Assembly: GCA_025603075.1 (NCBI GenBank)
Contig: MU626466.1
Coordinates: 1 to 33,609, forward strand
Length of the DNA: 33,609 bases
Source of the DNA: Neoconidiobolus thromboides FSU 785
Lineage: Eukaryota > Fungi > Entomophthoromycota
Direction: 5' to 3'
Shown here: positions 1-11,992 of the stretch, in pieces
Position numbering within the stretch: the first letter of the stretch is position 1
Layout of the letters: each line of letters opens with the position of its first letter
Made by a program: the position numbers and the translations under genes
The notes under the pieces: generated by a model
What the model was told of the DNA's origin: nothing
The model's input: only the letters and a program-made list of their open reading frames with translations
Database searches by the model: none

Positions 1-329
1 AAGCTATATAAGACAAATAGAATAGACAATACTAATGTAAAATCTAGGTAAAATATTATTAAGAAAACTTAGTGGCTTCATTAAATGTTCGAGATATCAG
101 GGAATAATTCAGTTAAAAAGCCTCGAACTACTATACTCTGTAAACTCTTTTATACTCTGAAAAGTAGAAATATCAAAATGAGAAGATAATATTCTTTTGG
201 ATAGAGCTAGAAATTCTCATAACAAATCAAACTAAGAACGTGGGATTGATTTTCTCTGAACTCAAAAACACAACAGCTTAGGCGATTGCTATGCTATAAT
301 TAACCATGGAACTGACAAAACGATATTTC

Positions 330-432
330 ACACAAGGATGCTTTTAGCTTCATCACTTTTTCCATTTTTTGAGCACTATTTGAGCGGAAAGATTGTAATA
401 AAATTTTTAAACAACAAAATATATCCCTATTA
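330..432 (-). mobile_element. ~97-bp MITE copy 1 (degenerate left end)
   Basis: GCTTCATCACTTTTTCCATTTTTTGAGCACTATTTGAGCGGAAAGATTGTAATAAAATTTTTAAACAACAAAATATATCCCT matches the reverse complement of the family consensus. Strand is relative to an arbitrary consensus orientation. Confidence 0.8.
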
Positions 433-595
433 ATATCTAAGTTAATAGATAATTAAAGAGCAAATAATTATAGCAAGTAAGAACTATTATTATATTGTTT
501 ATATTATGTAAAAATAGTTATTTATAGTTTTAAGGCTAATCACTCCCTTTTATACAGCTATTTATTAACTTAATAATATATTAATAGTATAGCTA

Positions 596-702
596 TAATG
601 GGGATGTATTTTTATATTTAAGAATTTTACTAACAATTTTTTTACTCAAGTAGTGCTTAAAAGATGGAAAAAGTAATAAAGCCAAAAAAACATTCCCAAT
701 AT
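596..702 (+). mobile_element. MITE copy 2
   Basis: GGGGATGTATTTTTATATTTAAGAATTTTACTAACAA...TAGTGCTTAAAAGATGGAAAAAGTAATAAAGCCAAAAAAACATTCCC. Confidence 0.9.
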
Positions 703-986
703 TAAAGTTGTTTATTTATTTGATATAAAATCTACAATATTATTTATAAAGCAGTTAATAATAAATGCTTAAAAAGCACGTAAAAAAATAAGATTAATTT
801 GGATATCTTTATACATTTAGCTAATGATAGCATTTATGATAAATATAAATATAGATACGAGGTTTTATACTACATAAAAATTTATTAACTATTATTAATT
901 TTTTATTGTTTTTATTTTATTCTATTTTATTTTATTTCATTTTATTTATTTATAATAATGAAATTTTAGTCTAAATTCAAATTAAT

Positions 987-1092
987 ACATGGGGATGTAT
1001 TTTTGTGTTTAAGAATTTTACTAACAAATTTTCCACTTAAATAGCGCTTAAAAGATAGAAAAAGTAATGAAATCAAAAAAACATCCCCTTAT
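987..1092 (+). mobile_element. MITE copy 3
   Basis: Near-consensus copy GGGGATGTATTTTTGTGTTTAAGAA...AGCGCT...AAAAACATCCCC. Confidence 0.92.
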
Positions 1093-1685
1093 ATTAGAAC
1101 GTTTTTGTGTCTGGCTTTGCTTAATAGTTTTTTTGAAATTTTACATTACAAGAAATGAACAGAAAACGGATCGGAAATTTTTTTTAATTTAAACTTATCT
1201 TTTAAACTTACCCTTATTGATAGGTTAAAAACAAAAAATCATGAGAATAAGGGTTAAAAAGATAAATGAAATTGAGGTAAATGATAGTATCTTTCAAGTT
1301 AATTATAAAGTTTATGTTAATGGTTATTAAAAATACTCTATCTTATTATCAAATTTTAAATAAATTAATATCCCATAATCAATAATAAATTATTATTTAT
1401 TAGTATATAAATAACTTAATTCTAAGATTTGTTTTATAATATTAATAAATTTAAAGATATTGACTTATAAATATTTTAATATTAAAAATATTGAATTGCT
1501 AATTTGTATGAAAGTGACGCAAGCTGGAAAGTAACTAAAATTAGATAATAGACCCAACTTTTGATTCAACTTCAATTTAAAAAATATGGTTATAAAACTA
1601 TATATCATAGGAACAACATATATAAACAAACTGTTTGTAAGATCAATTTTTATTTATTTAATTTGTTTGAGGAAAAGAAAAAACG

Positions 1686-2063
1686 ATGGATTATCTAAAG
1701 TTTTTAGACGATTTACTAAGTGCTACTATTATTAAAGGGGGAGCCATCCTTAATAATAATGGGAAAGTATTAGCAATTTCCAAAGATCTTATTATTAATT
1801 CCAATGATATATCAACTATTATTCAAGCTTTTTTTAGTCCAACTTTACTTATTAATAGAATTTGTTATTTTAATAACAAAAAATTCAACTACATTGCATC
1901 AGATAATACTTATATTCATGGTCAACTTGAAGATAATTTTATATTAATTGAAAGAACAGGATTGAATATTATTATAGCTGTTTATGATCAAAACGTGGAG
2001 CTCAAAGATGCCGATGCTGTTGTTAGAAAACTTACTAAGAGTTTATATAATGCTGATTATTAA
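1686..2063 (+). CDS. Profilin-fold protein, divergent, intronless (125 aa)
   Basis: Length and pattern match profilins: N-terminal helix YLKFLDDLL, GAILNNNGKVLA, KFNYI, YIHG, IIIAVY, C-terminal helix ending in Y. Recognised by eye. Confidence 0.8.
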   Translation: MDYLKFLDDLLSATIIKGGAILNNNGKVLAISKDLIINSNDISTIIQAFFSPTLLINRICYFNNKKFNYIASDNTYIHGQLEDNFILIERTGLNIIIAVYDQNVELKDADAVVRKLTKSLYNADY

Positions 2064-2509
2064 ATCGAATTTCTTCGATTTGTATTTTATCTTGATTTGA
2101 GTTAAGGACAGGTTATTTTTATATCATTCCTTGATTTTATTTTATTTAATATGTAATAATAAATATTGAACTCAAATTTAAAAAAATAGTTTTTTTAATT
2201 CTATTTAAAATAATATTTAATATTTAAAAGAGTCTAAATAACTTTGATCAAGCTATGAAACTCTATTAAAAGTTCGCTATCATTATACTTTAGTAAAATC
2301 ATACTCATCACCTAAATGACTATGAATTGCAATTATTTTTGATTTTTTGCATAAAAAATGAATAAGTTATTATATTGAAAGATATCTCTTTTAGTGTTTT
2401 CAATCTTTTCCTATTTTATTAGTAAATGGTAACACTAAATTCAACGATAATATAGTTACTTAATTAGAGAAACGTAGTATATAAATAACTTTATTAATAT
2501 TAAGTTATA

Positions 2510-2614
2510 AAATGGGAGTGTTTTTTTGGTTTCATATTTTTTCTATTTTTTAAGCGCTATTTAAGCGGAAAATTTGTTAGTAAAATTCTTAAACACAAAA
2601 ACACATCCCCATAT
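2510..2614 (-). mobile_element. MITE copy 4
   Basis: GGGAGTGTTTTTTTGGTTTC...AAGCGCTATTTAAGCGGAAAATTTGTTAGTAAAATTCTTAAACACAAAAACACATCCCC-ATAT. Confidence 0.92.
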
Positions 2615-2864
2615 GTTAGTTTTTATTTAAAAATATGTTTTCTATTGGTGAATTGAGTATTTAAAATCAATGCGAAATAGAAAAATTTATAAGTATTAAA
2701 TTTTTGCATAGAAACAGCTAAGCTATTGAACTAGAAAACTCAACTGATAATTGAGCTTAGATCAGACCAATTAAATTGAGCTATTTTGTAAAAATTAAAT
2801 TCAATTAAATTTTGTATAAAACTTAAAATTCTTTAAAAAATTTTAGTGTTTAATAATAGAAAAT

Positions 2865-5166
2865 ATGAAACGGATACGTAAAAGCAGTTCGCCAATGAAT
2901 GGAGAAGAAGTATCAGATAATCGAGAAGGTGACTTTCATTTGGGATATAAAGTTCCACTATTTTTTGTATTAACCAATAATATTTATTGAATAGAGAAAA
3001 ATGGTGTCAATTCATCTCAATTTCAAGGATCCCATCAAATCAAAAGAAATCGACCACAAAATCCCAATTTTAATCAAGTAAAATTTTTCACTATTTTTTA
3101 AATGTAATAGAGGCCTAATTGGTTCCCTTAACTAGTTTCCAAAAAGAAGTAATAATGCTCCATTTGATATTTCTAAAATGAACTCTAGAATACCTAATTT
3201 TAATTGTCCAATTCCATTGAAAGTAAAATTTAAATTGATTTTGTTTAAGGGAAAAAATTTTGATGATCGATTTTATTTTTATAAATAGAGTGTTTGTAGT
3301 GCATATATCTCGTTTGTAGAAAATACAGCCAATCCAATTGTATTAAATAGCTTAATATCCAAAGTAAGTTTTCAAATTTTAATCCTTTATCCTCCTTATT
3401 AACTCCACTTCTTAGAGAAAACCAAATGCACCTCCACAAGTGTTGTTAATAGTTATACCCAAATTAGATCGATTATTTATGAATTCTATTGAAACAATGG
3501 CGAGAAAACCATTTCCAGTGAATCAATTAACACCTAATATTAGTCTCCTTGGAAGCCCTGATTATGCTCTTTATGTTACTACTTTATTTAAAAGATATTT
3601 TAGTTATGGTTGCGTAACGGAATGTTCTGGCACTAATAGAAAAGCTTTTTCTCCATTAGTGGATCTTTTGCAAATTAAACAAGATGAACCCAGTGCGAGA
3701 GTTATGAGAGCTAAAGGTAAGCTTTTATTTATTTATGATTAATTAAATTTACTAATAATAATAGCTGAATTAAAAGAAAAATGTGAAGACCCAAGAGCGT
3801 ATATCATGACAAAAGAAATTTTTATAAGTAAAGGATGGACCTTACCATTAGAATTAAGTAAAAAAGCCAATTTACCTCAAGGTTGGATACAAACCACATC
3901 TTACTCACCAAATGGTCCAAATTCACCTATACAAATGTTAGCTATTGACTGTGAAATGTGCTTAACTACTAAAGGAAGAGAATTGACAAGAGTGACTATT
4001 ATGAATTTTAATGGAGAGATTGTATTAGATGAATTAGTTAAACCAGAGAACCCTGTAGTAGATTATTTAACAAAGTAATTTAATTTAATTCAATTAATAT
4101 AGTATATTTTATATAATAATAATTAGATACAGTGGTATGTCAGAACAAAAATTAAATAACGCCAAATATACACAAAAAGACATTCAATTAAAATTAGCAG
4201 AAATTTTCAATTCCAATACTATAATGTTAGGTCATGGATTAACAAATGACTTAGAAGCAATCAAAATAGTACATCCATATATTATTGATACAGCGGTTAT
4301 ATTCTCCCATTATAAAGGCCCGCCCTATTTGCCTGGCTTAAAATGGTTAGCAGAAACCTTATTGAAAAGAAGTATCCAAGGGGGTATTATTAGTGGACAT
4401 GATTCGATTGAAGATTGTAAAACAGTAATTGATTTGGTAGCTTTAAAATTAAAAGAATACCCATCATTTGGGTTGAAACAATCGGATATGGAAACTATAT
4501 TTAGTCGATTTAGCCGATTATCAGAAGGTAAAATACGATCAGCTGTCGCAGATTATAATTCTCTATTGCCTTTTACGGAGGGCGCATCGATGTATTATCC
4601 TTGTACTAATGATAAACAGGTAAGTTAGAAGTTGATTTATGAATTGATTTGTTGATTAATTTTTATTTATTCATTTATTAGGTACATGAACATATTATTG
4701 AAGCCTTAAATCAAGGAGTAAATATGGTAATGGGACGTTTTCAAGCCTTAGATGTAGATTTTGAAAATTTAGGTACTGAAGGACAGAAAGGTAAAGTTAA
4801 ATAAAACTTAATAGCAAATCTCAAACTAATTTGATAATCTTTGCTATAGTTAATTTAGCATTTGGTACGAATGATTTATTTGATAATCCACAAAAAGTAT
4901 TAGGAAAATTTTTAAGATCGTTTGAATCTTTATTGAAAAAAGTACCTTCCGATACTATTATTATTGCTACTTCAGGTCATTCTCATAACCCATTAATGGA
5001 TGAATTAAATCATAAATTTAATTCCCAATATGAATGGATGAATAGTGAAATGGGTATTTTACCAGATCAAATTTGGACAAAGGTAGATGAAGTTAAGTTA
5101 AGTAAAGAAGTACAGAAGGCTAGACTTGGACTTACTTTCTTTGGTTTGGCTAGTGATTTTAGTTAA
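2865..5166 (+). CDS. REX1: RNA exonuclease 1 (REX1/RNH70/REXO-like DEDDh 3'-5' exonuclease), about 9 exons
   Basis: Motifs AIDCEMC, ELTRVT, VKP..PVVDYLTKYSG, GHGLTNDL, IIDTA, GHDSIEDC. GT-AG introns join the ORF-track pieces in frame (approximate exons 2865-2928, 2995-3077, 3136-3222, 3289-3363, 3416-3716, 3765-4074, 4126-4619, 4682-4790, 4851-5166). The 5' exons are less certain. Confidence 0.9.
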
Positions 5167-5601
5167 TGTTATAGATGACAAAAATGGTGAAGAGAGTGAG
5201 TAGCTGATTAAAATAATAATAATTTTTTTGATATATTAAAAAGTGAATAATGAAAAGTAAACTAGTTTTATATTTTTTTAATTTAATGATTAGTATTTAT
5301 ATTATTTGTATTATTTTTATGAAATTTATTCCTACATCAAATTTCCTATTTTTTCAAATTAAATTGTTTAAATTAAAAATTTAATATAAACATTAATTAT
5401 TAAGGTCTCAATAATTTTATTTTTAAAAAATTAAAGTGACTTTTAATTAATCAAATGACGAAAGATGGATGATTTTAAGCCAATTAGATTAATAGATGAT
5501 TCTAAATAGAAAATTACTAAAATTAACTTTATGTCATATTTATGCTAATTTCAACTTTCTAATTTTTAACTTTTGTTTAAAAAAATAATTGAACAATCAA
5601 A

Positions 5602-6564
5602 ATGAGTCTTGAGCCAACTGAAAGTAATACTGCTACTACTTTAGATATGGATCAAATCACTTTACAATCGGAAGGTATTAATGAAGTTGCTGAAACCAGT
5701 GGTATATTACCTATTAGTCGTCGTCGTAAAATTGTATTTGTTTATAATGATATTAAAGCGGTTAAAACTAGTATTGAATGGTAAGATAAATTTAAAATAG
5801 TAAATAATAACATAATAAACAAGAACAATAATAATAAGATACTAATAATAATAAACAATGTAGTGAATTTAATTTAATTTAATTTAATTTTTAATTTATT
5901 TTAGGTGTTTAGAAAATATCTTTCAATATGGAAAAGATTATGTTACCATTGTTGATACTTTTTCTTCAGATCCAAGTATTAAGGGATTTAGTTTTAATGA
6001 CTTATGGAGTTTAACTGCAGGTACTGATGGTAAGTTGATAATAATATTTTGTTAATTAATTTAATAATATTAATAAATAATTTTAAAATATTTATTTTAT
6101 TAGATGTAGCTGAATTTGAGAACAAAACTAAAAAAGAAAGTGAAATTATTGATAATCATATTGAAACTTTACGCAGTCAAATGGTAGCTAAACAAGTAAT
6201 TTTTTGTTTTATTTAAAATATTATACGTTATATATTCTAAATTTATTAATACTTGACTAACTTACTCTGTTTTATTTTCTTTTATTCTTTAGATCTTATC
6301 ACAAAAATTAAATGTAACCTCAGTAGATCCTCGCGGTCAATTACTAGAAATTATTAATACTCATAAACCAGAATTTATTGTAATCCCTAATTCAGATGCT
6401 TCTCTATTACAGCGGTAATTAATTTTACTTTAACAATTCATTAAATAATAGTCTATTATTAATTGTTTAGTACTGTCTATGGATCTCTTGAAGATTATCT
6501 TATACGTCATTCAAATGTATCTGTTTTTGTTGTTAAAGGAAAAGAACATCCTTATCAACAATAA
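5602..6564 (+). CDS. Universal stress protein (USP)-like, copy A, 5 exons
   Basis: Spliced product contains RRKIVFVYND...IEWCLENI...DPRGQLLEIINTHKPEFIVIP...YGSLEDYLIRHSNVSVFVVK. The C-terminus matches the USP GS-x-x-DY-x-x-x-H-x-x-x-x-V-x-VVK pattern. Confidence 0.8.
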
Positions 6565-6875
6565 TCAGCTAAAGGAGGAGATGAATGATCAATGATTTTT
6601 TAATATTATTATTACTGATAAAGATATTAAATATTTGTAAAAATAAAAAGCAATATTTCATATATCATTTATTAAAGTTGTGAATTTGAGTAGCTTAGTT
6701 GATAGAGTTAAGGTTTATTAAAATTTTATTAATTAGTGGATAAAAAATTGAGATTATAAAGAATAAAATAATTTCAATACTTTTTATTATTTTTAATTTA
6801 ATAATAATAATAATAATTAAACAGTTGATAATAATCTAAATTAAAGTTCAATTCATAAAAAATTAAATGTTTAAC

Positions 6876-6978
6876 ATATGGGGGGATATATTTTTCTGTT
6901 CGAACTTTACTAACAATTTTTCCGCTTAAATAGCGCTTAAAAAGTGGAGAAAGTAATGAAATCAAAACATCCCCATAT
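6876..6978 (+). mobile_element. MITE copy 5, between the USP paralogs
   Basis: ATAT-GGGGGGATAT...AGCGCT...AACATCCCC-ATAT with 4-bp direct flanks ATAT. Confidence 0.9.
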
Positions 6979-7292
6979 TTCTCAAATATTAGTATCAAAT
7001 TTCAATTTAGTCACTCATGCTATAGTTTCTATTTTTTTCTTAAAAGCATGCCAAAGGTTAGTTTATATAGAAAAATAAAACAAAAGTTAAAAAATCATGC
7101 TAATTAAGGTTAAAAAAAGCAAAGGAAAATGCTAATTTCCTAACGATCATATATATCTATAAAAAAGATGTTAACAATACTTATCTTTTGTCTTTTAATT
7201 ATTTTTATATATTTCAATTTCAATTTCAATATTTCAACTCTATTGAATAAATTAACTTCTAAACTCAAAAGAACTCAGTAAATTCATTAAAT

Positions 7293-8175
7293 ATGGATGG
7301 AATAACCTTACAATCTAAAGATATTAATGAAATAAGAGAAACAAATGATATATTATCTTTAAGTCAACGACGAAAGATCATATTTATTTATAATGATACT
7401 AAAACAATAAAACAAAGTTTTGAATGGTAAGTGAATAAACAAAAGAGTATAAATATATTAATAATATATAAAATAATTAATAATAGTAGCATATATATTT
7501 AACTTTATTATTTTAGGTGTTTAAAAAATCTATTTCAATATGGCCAGGATTATATTACTATTATTGATTTAATTTCTTCCAATCCAAGTACCAAAGGTTT
7601 TAATTTTTACGATTTATGGGATTTAACTGCTGGTACTGATGGTAAGGATTATAAAAGTTTTATTTTTATTTAAAAACTTGCAGTTTATATATTAAAATTA
7701 TTAAGGATTAATTAAATTTGAAATTTTAGATATTGCTGAATTTGAAACTAAAACTAAAACTAAAAATGAAATTATTGATATTGAAATTCAAGCTTTACGT
7801 CATAAATTAAGAACTAAACAAGTAAGTTTTGAAAATAAAATAGTAGCTCACTTAAATAAATTAATAATTTTCTTTTTTCTTTTCTCTTTATTCTTAGATT
7901 CTCTCCCAAAAAATCAGTATAACTTCAGTAGATCCCCGTGCTCAATTATTACAACTTATTAATACTCAAAAGCCAGAATTTATTATAATACCAAAGTTGG
8001 AAACTTCTCTATTACATCGGTAAGTAGTTTTATTTCTCTTAATTAAAATTTAAACTTATAAAATTCCAATTCTTATTATAATTATAGTACAATTTATGGT
8101 TCACTTGAAGATTATCTTTTGCAATATAGTAACTGTTCTGTTTTTGTAATTAAGGAAAAAGAACATCTTTATTAA
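7293..8175 (+). CDS. Universal stress protein (USP)-like, copy B, 5 exons
   Basis: Same intron positions and phases as copy A. Spliced frame is open: RRKIIFIYND...FEWCLKNLFQYG...DPRAQLLQLINTQKPEFIIIP...YGSLEDYLLQYSNCSVFVIK. Absent from the ORF track because the exons are short. Confidence 0.8.
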
Positions 8176-8505
8176 TAACAATCAAATAATTGGTAAATGT
8201 AAATTTAATATACATATATAAAGTATTCTTTTTTTGAGAAATAAATGTAATTTTAATTAAATTTATAAAAGTATAATTTGTTGATTTTTTATTAATTTTT
8301 TGATTGTTAACTTTAGGAGTTTATGGGAATTTATTATTTAACATATAAGAACATAAAGTTTATAATGGAGAAGTTATTATCAATGAAATGACTTTAATGT
8401 GGTATTTATTTAAAGCTAGCATTGATAAAAATGGTGATTAAATTGTTGTTATTGATATCGTTAAAAGATGTATTAAATAGAAATTAAATGATTGTTTACT
8501 TTAAT

Positions 8506-8611
8506 ATATAAGAGTGTTTTTTTGGTTTCGTTGCTTTTTCTATCTTTTAAGCGCTATTTGAGTGGAAAAATTATTAGTAAAATTCTCAAACCTAAAAATA
8601 CATCCCCATAT
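8506..8611 (-). mobile_element. MITE copy 6
   Basis: ATAT-AAGAGTGTTTTTTTGGTTTC...AAAAATACATCCCC-ATAT. Confidence 0.9.
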
Positions 8612-10159
8612 AATTATTAGTTGATTTTACTCATGGATAGTACATTTTAACTTCAAGCACAGTAAGAAAGAAATCCACTAGTTAAATTAACTTTAGAGTC
8701 TCAAAGATCAGACTTGATTGGTTTATATTATTAGTATGACATAAATTTATACTAAATCATGAAAATTTATAGAAAAGATTATTTTTATTATTTATTTGAA
8801 TTAAAATATAAATTATACTATAGTAAAAAAAACAAAAAAATAGCACAAAAGGAACACATTGATATTGAACAAAGTATTAATACGCTTTTGAAATCAAGTT
8901 TATATTAAATTCCTTTAATAAATAATACAGTTGACAATGAGCTCAGTTTCAGATGGAAATTCATTTAATATTTAGTTTGAATTTTATGATTCTTTATTTA
9001 TATCAATTTTAAGTTTCAAACTTTTACTATTGGACTAAGAGCTATTTTTTAAGTTTCATAGAAATCTAAAAACACTTCTGTATTAATACTCAAATATTTT
9101 ATGGACTATTACTTAAAATTGGAATTCAATTACCTTTAGTTCCAACGTAAAGGTCTTCTCTAAAGATATGACAATCACATTCTCATAAGTCATTAATTGA
9201 TTTCTAATGTTAATACCTTTATATATATGAATTTTTTCTTTTATTTGATCAATTCTATTAAATGCTTTAAATAAAAGAATAAATAAATTTGTACAAAAAA
9301 ATTATCACCCTATGTTTTGATTCCCATTTCTAATATGTCATATTGTTGTAAAAATTTAGCAAAAATCATTCAACTTTATTCATCTTATCACTATAATCAA
9401 ACTTAATAAAATTTCCTATACTAAAAAACAGAAGTTGATGTCTTAATTAAATAAAGGATTACAATCTTTTTATCTATTTTCATTTATGTCCTAACTAAAG
9501 TACAGCTTTCTTTTATTGATCTCATCCATTTTTCAACTACAATTTGATCCCTCTCTCCTTTCATACCATTTCTAATCTTTTACTAATATATTATAATTCA
9601 GTAACTTCAAATATTAGCTACTACCTTTATAAGCTCAAATTTTACCTCATTTAGTTCCTCATTAACCAAGTTTCCCAAATTTACTTCTATTCACATGTTT
9701 GGTTTTCTCAAATGATTGCTGTTGTGCTCTCTATCTTATCTTCTAAAACTTTTGTCTCTATCTTTATCCTTATTTCTTTACATCTTTATCTTAATTTCTA
9801 TCTTTATCTTTACCTCTCCTGGCTTCATTTCTGTCTTGATTTCTTTTATCAATAGTTAGTAAAATTATTTAGCTTTTAGAACTTTATTATTATTAACTAT
9901 TTTTCTATTTTTTTCATAGTCTAATTCCAAACCTTTAATATCTTTTTCATATTTTTTCTACTTACTTTAACTCATCCCTATTTCCTATTATTATAGCACA
10001 CTTAATCAAATTTTAGTTGCTATAATTTTATACTTAATACAAATAGAAATAATAGCAAAATACATTCAGAGAATCCGTGTATCAATTTAATAAAAGTTAA
10101 CATCTAAATGATTTTTAAATCAAAACTATACAAGCTCTACTTTTTCAAAAAAGGTAACC

Positions 10160-10267
10160 ATATGGGAGTGTTTTTTTTGGCTTCATTACTTTTTCCATCT
10201 TTTAAACGCTATTTGAGTGGAAAAATTATTAGTAAAATTCTTAAATACAAAAATACATCCCCAATAT
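10160..10267 (-). mobile_element. MITE copy 7
   Basis: ATAT-GGGAGTGTTTTTTTTGGCTTCATTACTTTTTCCATC...AAAAATACATCCCC. Confidence 0.92.
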
Positions 10268-10449
10268 ATAAGATTTGAGTATTTTTAAATATTCAACAAC
10301 AAAAGTAAATGTTAATATACTAAAAGTAAGGAATAAACTAAACTAAAAATACTTTTAGATTAAAATTAGAATTAAAAGGGTTGAATGATAATGATCAATA
10401 GTTACTTTGATTTTAGAATGATTTTTGTTTCAAAATTCTTGAAAGTTTA

Positions 10450-10930
10450 TTATTTATTAAAATTTACTGCTGCATGTATGCAGTAATCAAAAACCTTACT
10501 CAAAATGTCTAAAAAATTAGAATTTTAATTTGTATTGATCCTGAAATAATCAAATTGATCTAAATAAAAAGCAAATGAAAGATAACTAAACGTAAATTAT
10601 CATTTTAATTATTTCTATCATAATACAAATTCAAGCTATTAATGTTTTTCAGCTTTTAAGAACATACAATATTCAACCCAACAAAAGCTACTTAATTATC
10701 CCAGTTCACAGAAGTCACTTTAAATTATAAAAACCTATTAAATAAAGCAAAATTCTTAAGCGGCTTCCTTTATAAAAATACCAATATTAATTTTAATAAA
10801 AATAGCAGCTCTATCAACTCGTTCAAATGAAATATCAAAATTTGATAAGTTTTACAAATACATGTTTACTGTAATGACTAATCATATTATTAAGTTGATA
10901 GATAAACATTAAATACGCAACTTATTAAAC
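10450..10930 (-). pseudogene. Possible decayed F-box/LRR-like gene fragment
   Basis: One minus frame reads YQILIFHLNELIELLFLLK...KPLKNFALFNRF...KLKNINSLNLYY with stops. ELLFL-K echoes LPELLFLNK in the intact gene at 15145-16383. Boundaries are approximate. Confidence 0.3.
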
Positions 10931-11992
10931 ATAATATTCTTAAGATCATTATACTAGACTCAAAGGCTTATAAATAAAATGCCATATTAAACTCATTGTA
11001 TCTCAGATTATGGTTACCAGAAACTTTGAATGTTTCTTAATCTTAGAGAATATGGTCCTTGAGACTAACATTCATTTTAAAATCAAGCATAAGACCCCTT
11101 CAGATAGCAAATTTTAATCTTTAGTTGTTAAGTTCAAAATTATAAGTAATAAAGATTCTCATACGAAATGATTACAAATAGATAGAATTATGATATTGTA
11201 TTATATTGGTTATACTTCTTGTTTACAGTATTAATAAAGAAATGAATTTTAATATGTATCTTTTAATATTTCACCATTAGTAGTTTTTTGTGGTACATAA
11301 GTAATTAAGAAGTATAAAAAGCGAAGTAAACTAAATAAACAAAAAGTAAAATTATCAAAGTAGCATTAAATTTCCTAATTTGATATAAGATATCAACAAA
11401 AGGAAAAATTACCCAAATATACTTAAATGTAAACATATTTAAATAGTAAGTAGTTACCTTAACAACAAATGTAATAATATAAAATATAGTAAATGAAAGA
11501 ATATTATCGAGGAAGTATCTCCTGAAGCTTGAGATCATCACGAATAGATACTAATTTGGGATTTATTAGATAGGCTATTTATAAGAACCTGTGATCCTAG
11601 GTGGGAACCAAAGCATTTGCTCTGGAAGATTAGGAGTTATCAAATGATCTAGTCAAGGTCTTGAAGCTAATTTAAGTTAAAGAGTTTTTTTTCAAAAACT
11701 TTTTTTCTCAATCAATTTCAGGAACACAGCGCTCGACTGTACAAGCGGTTAGAAACTATAGATCCTACTTGAAGAAAAGAGTTAAGCAAAATTGTTTTTT
11801 ATATACTTTTTTCTCCAAGGTTTATTTCTCAATAATATTAGTAATCAACTATTGAATGGCTTAATTAAAATAATTTCCTTAAACCTTCTTATTTATATAA
11901 AATACAAGATAAAACATGAAAGAAAAAAGTGGTAGCATTTTGTTATCTTTTTACTTTTATTATAGCTTAATCTTTTTTAATTTTAAGGCATC

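Noticed and set aside
1401-2492. 17-bp direct match TAGTATATAAATAACTT at 1401 and 2476
   Set aside because: Expected by chance in a window this long and AT-rich.
3245-3439. 64-aa minus ORF
   Set aside because: Antisense to exons and introns of the REX1-like gene.
6798-6998. 66-aa minus ORF
   Set aside because: Mostly translation through MITE copy 5 plus AT-rich flank.
10790-10850. Minus-frame FDISFERVDR resembling a LINE RT D-x-x-KAFD-x-V motif
   Set aside because: It lacks KA, no other RT motifs (QG, YADD) are nearby, and another frame fits an F-box relic better.
11305-11541. 78-aa hydrophobic minus ORF
   Set aside because: Composition is typical of translated AT-rich non-coding DNA; no motif or paralog.
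11500-11690. Possible solo-LTR fragment (TATAAATAG on the minus strand)
   Set aside because: No TG...CA ends, PBS, PPT or second copy are visible.
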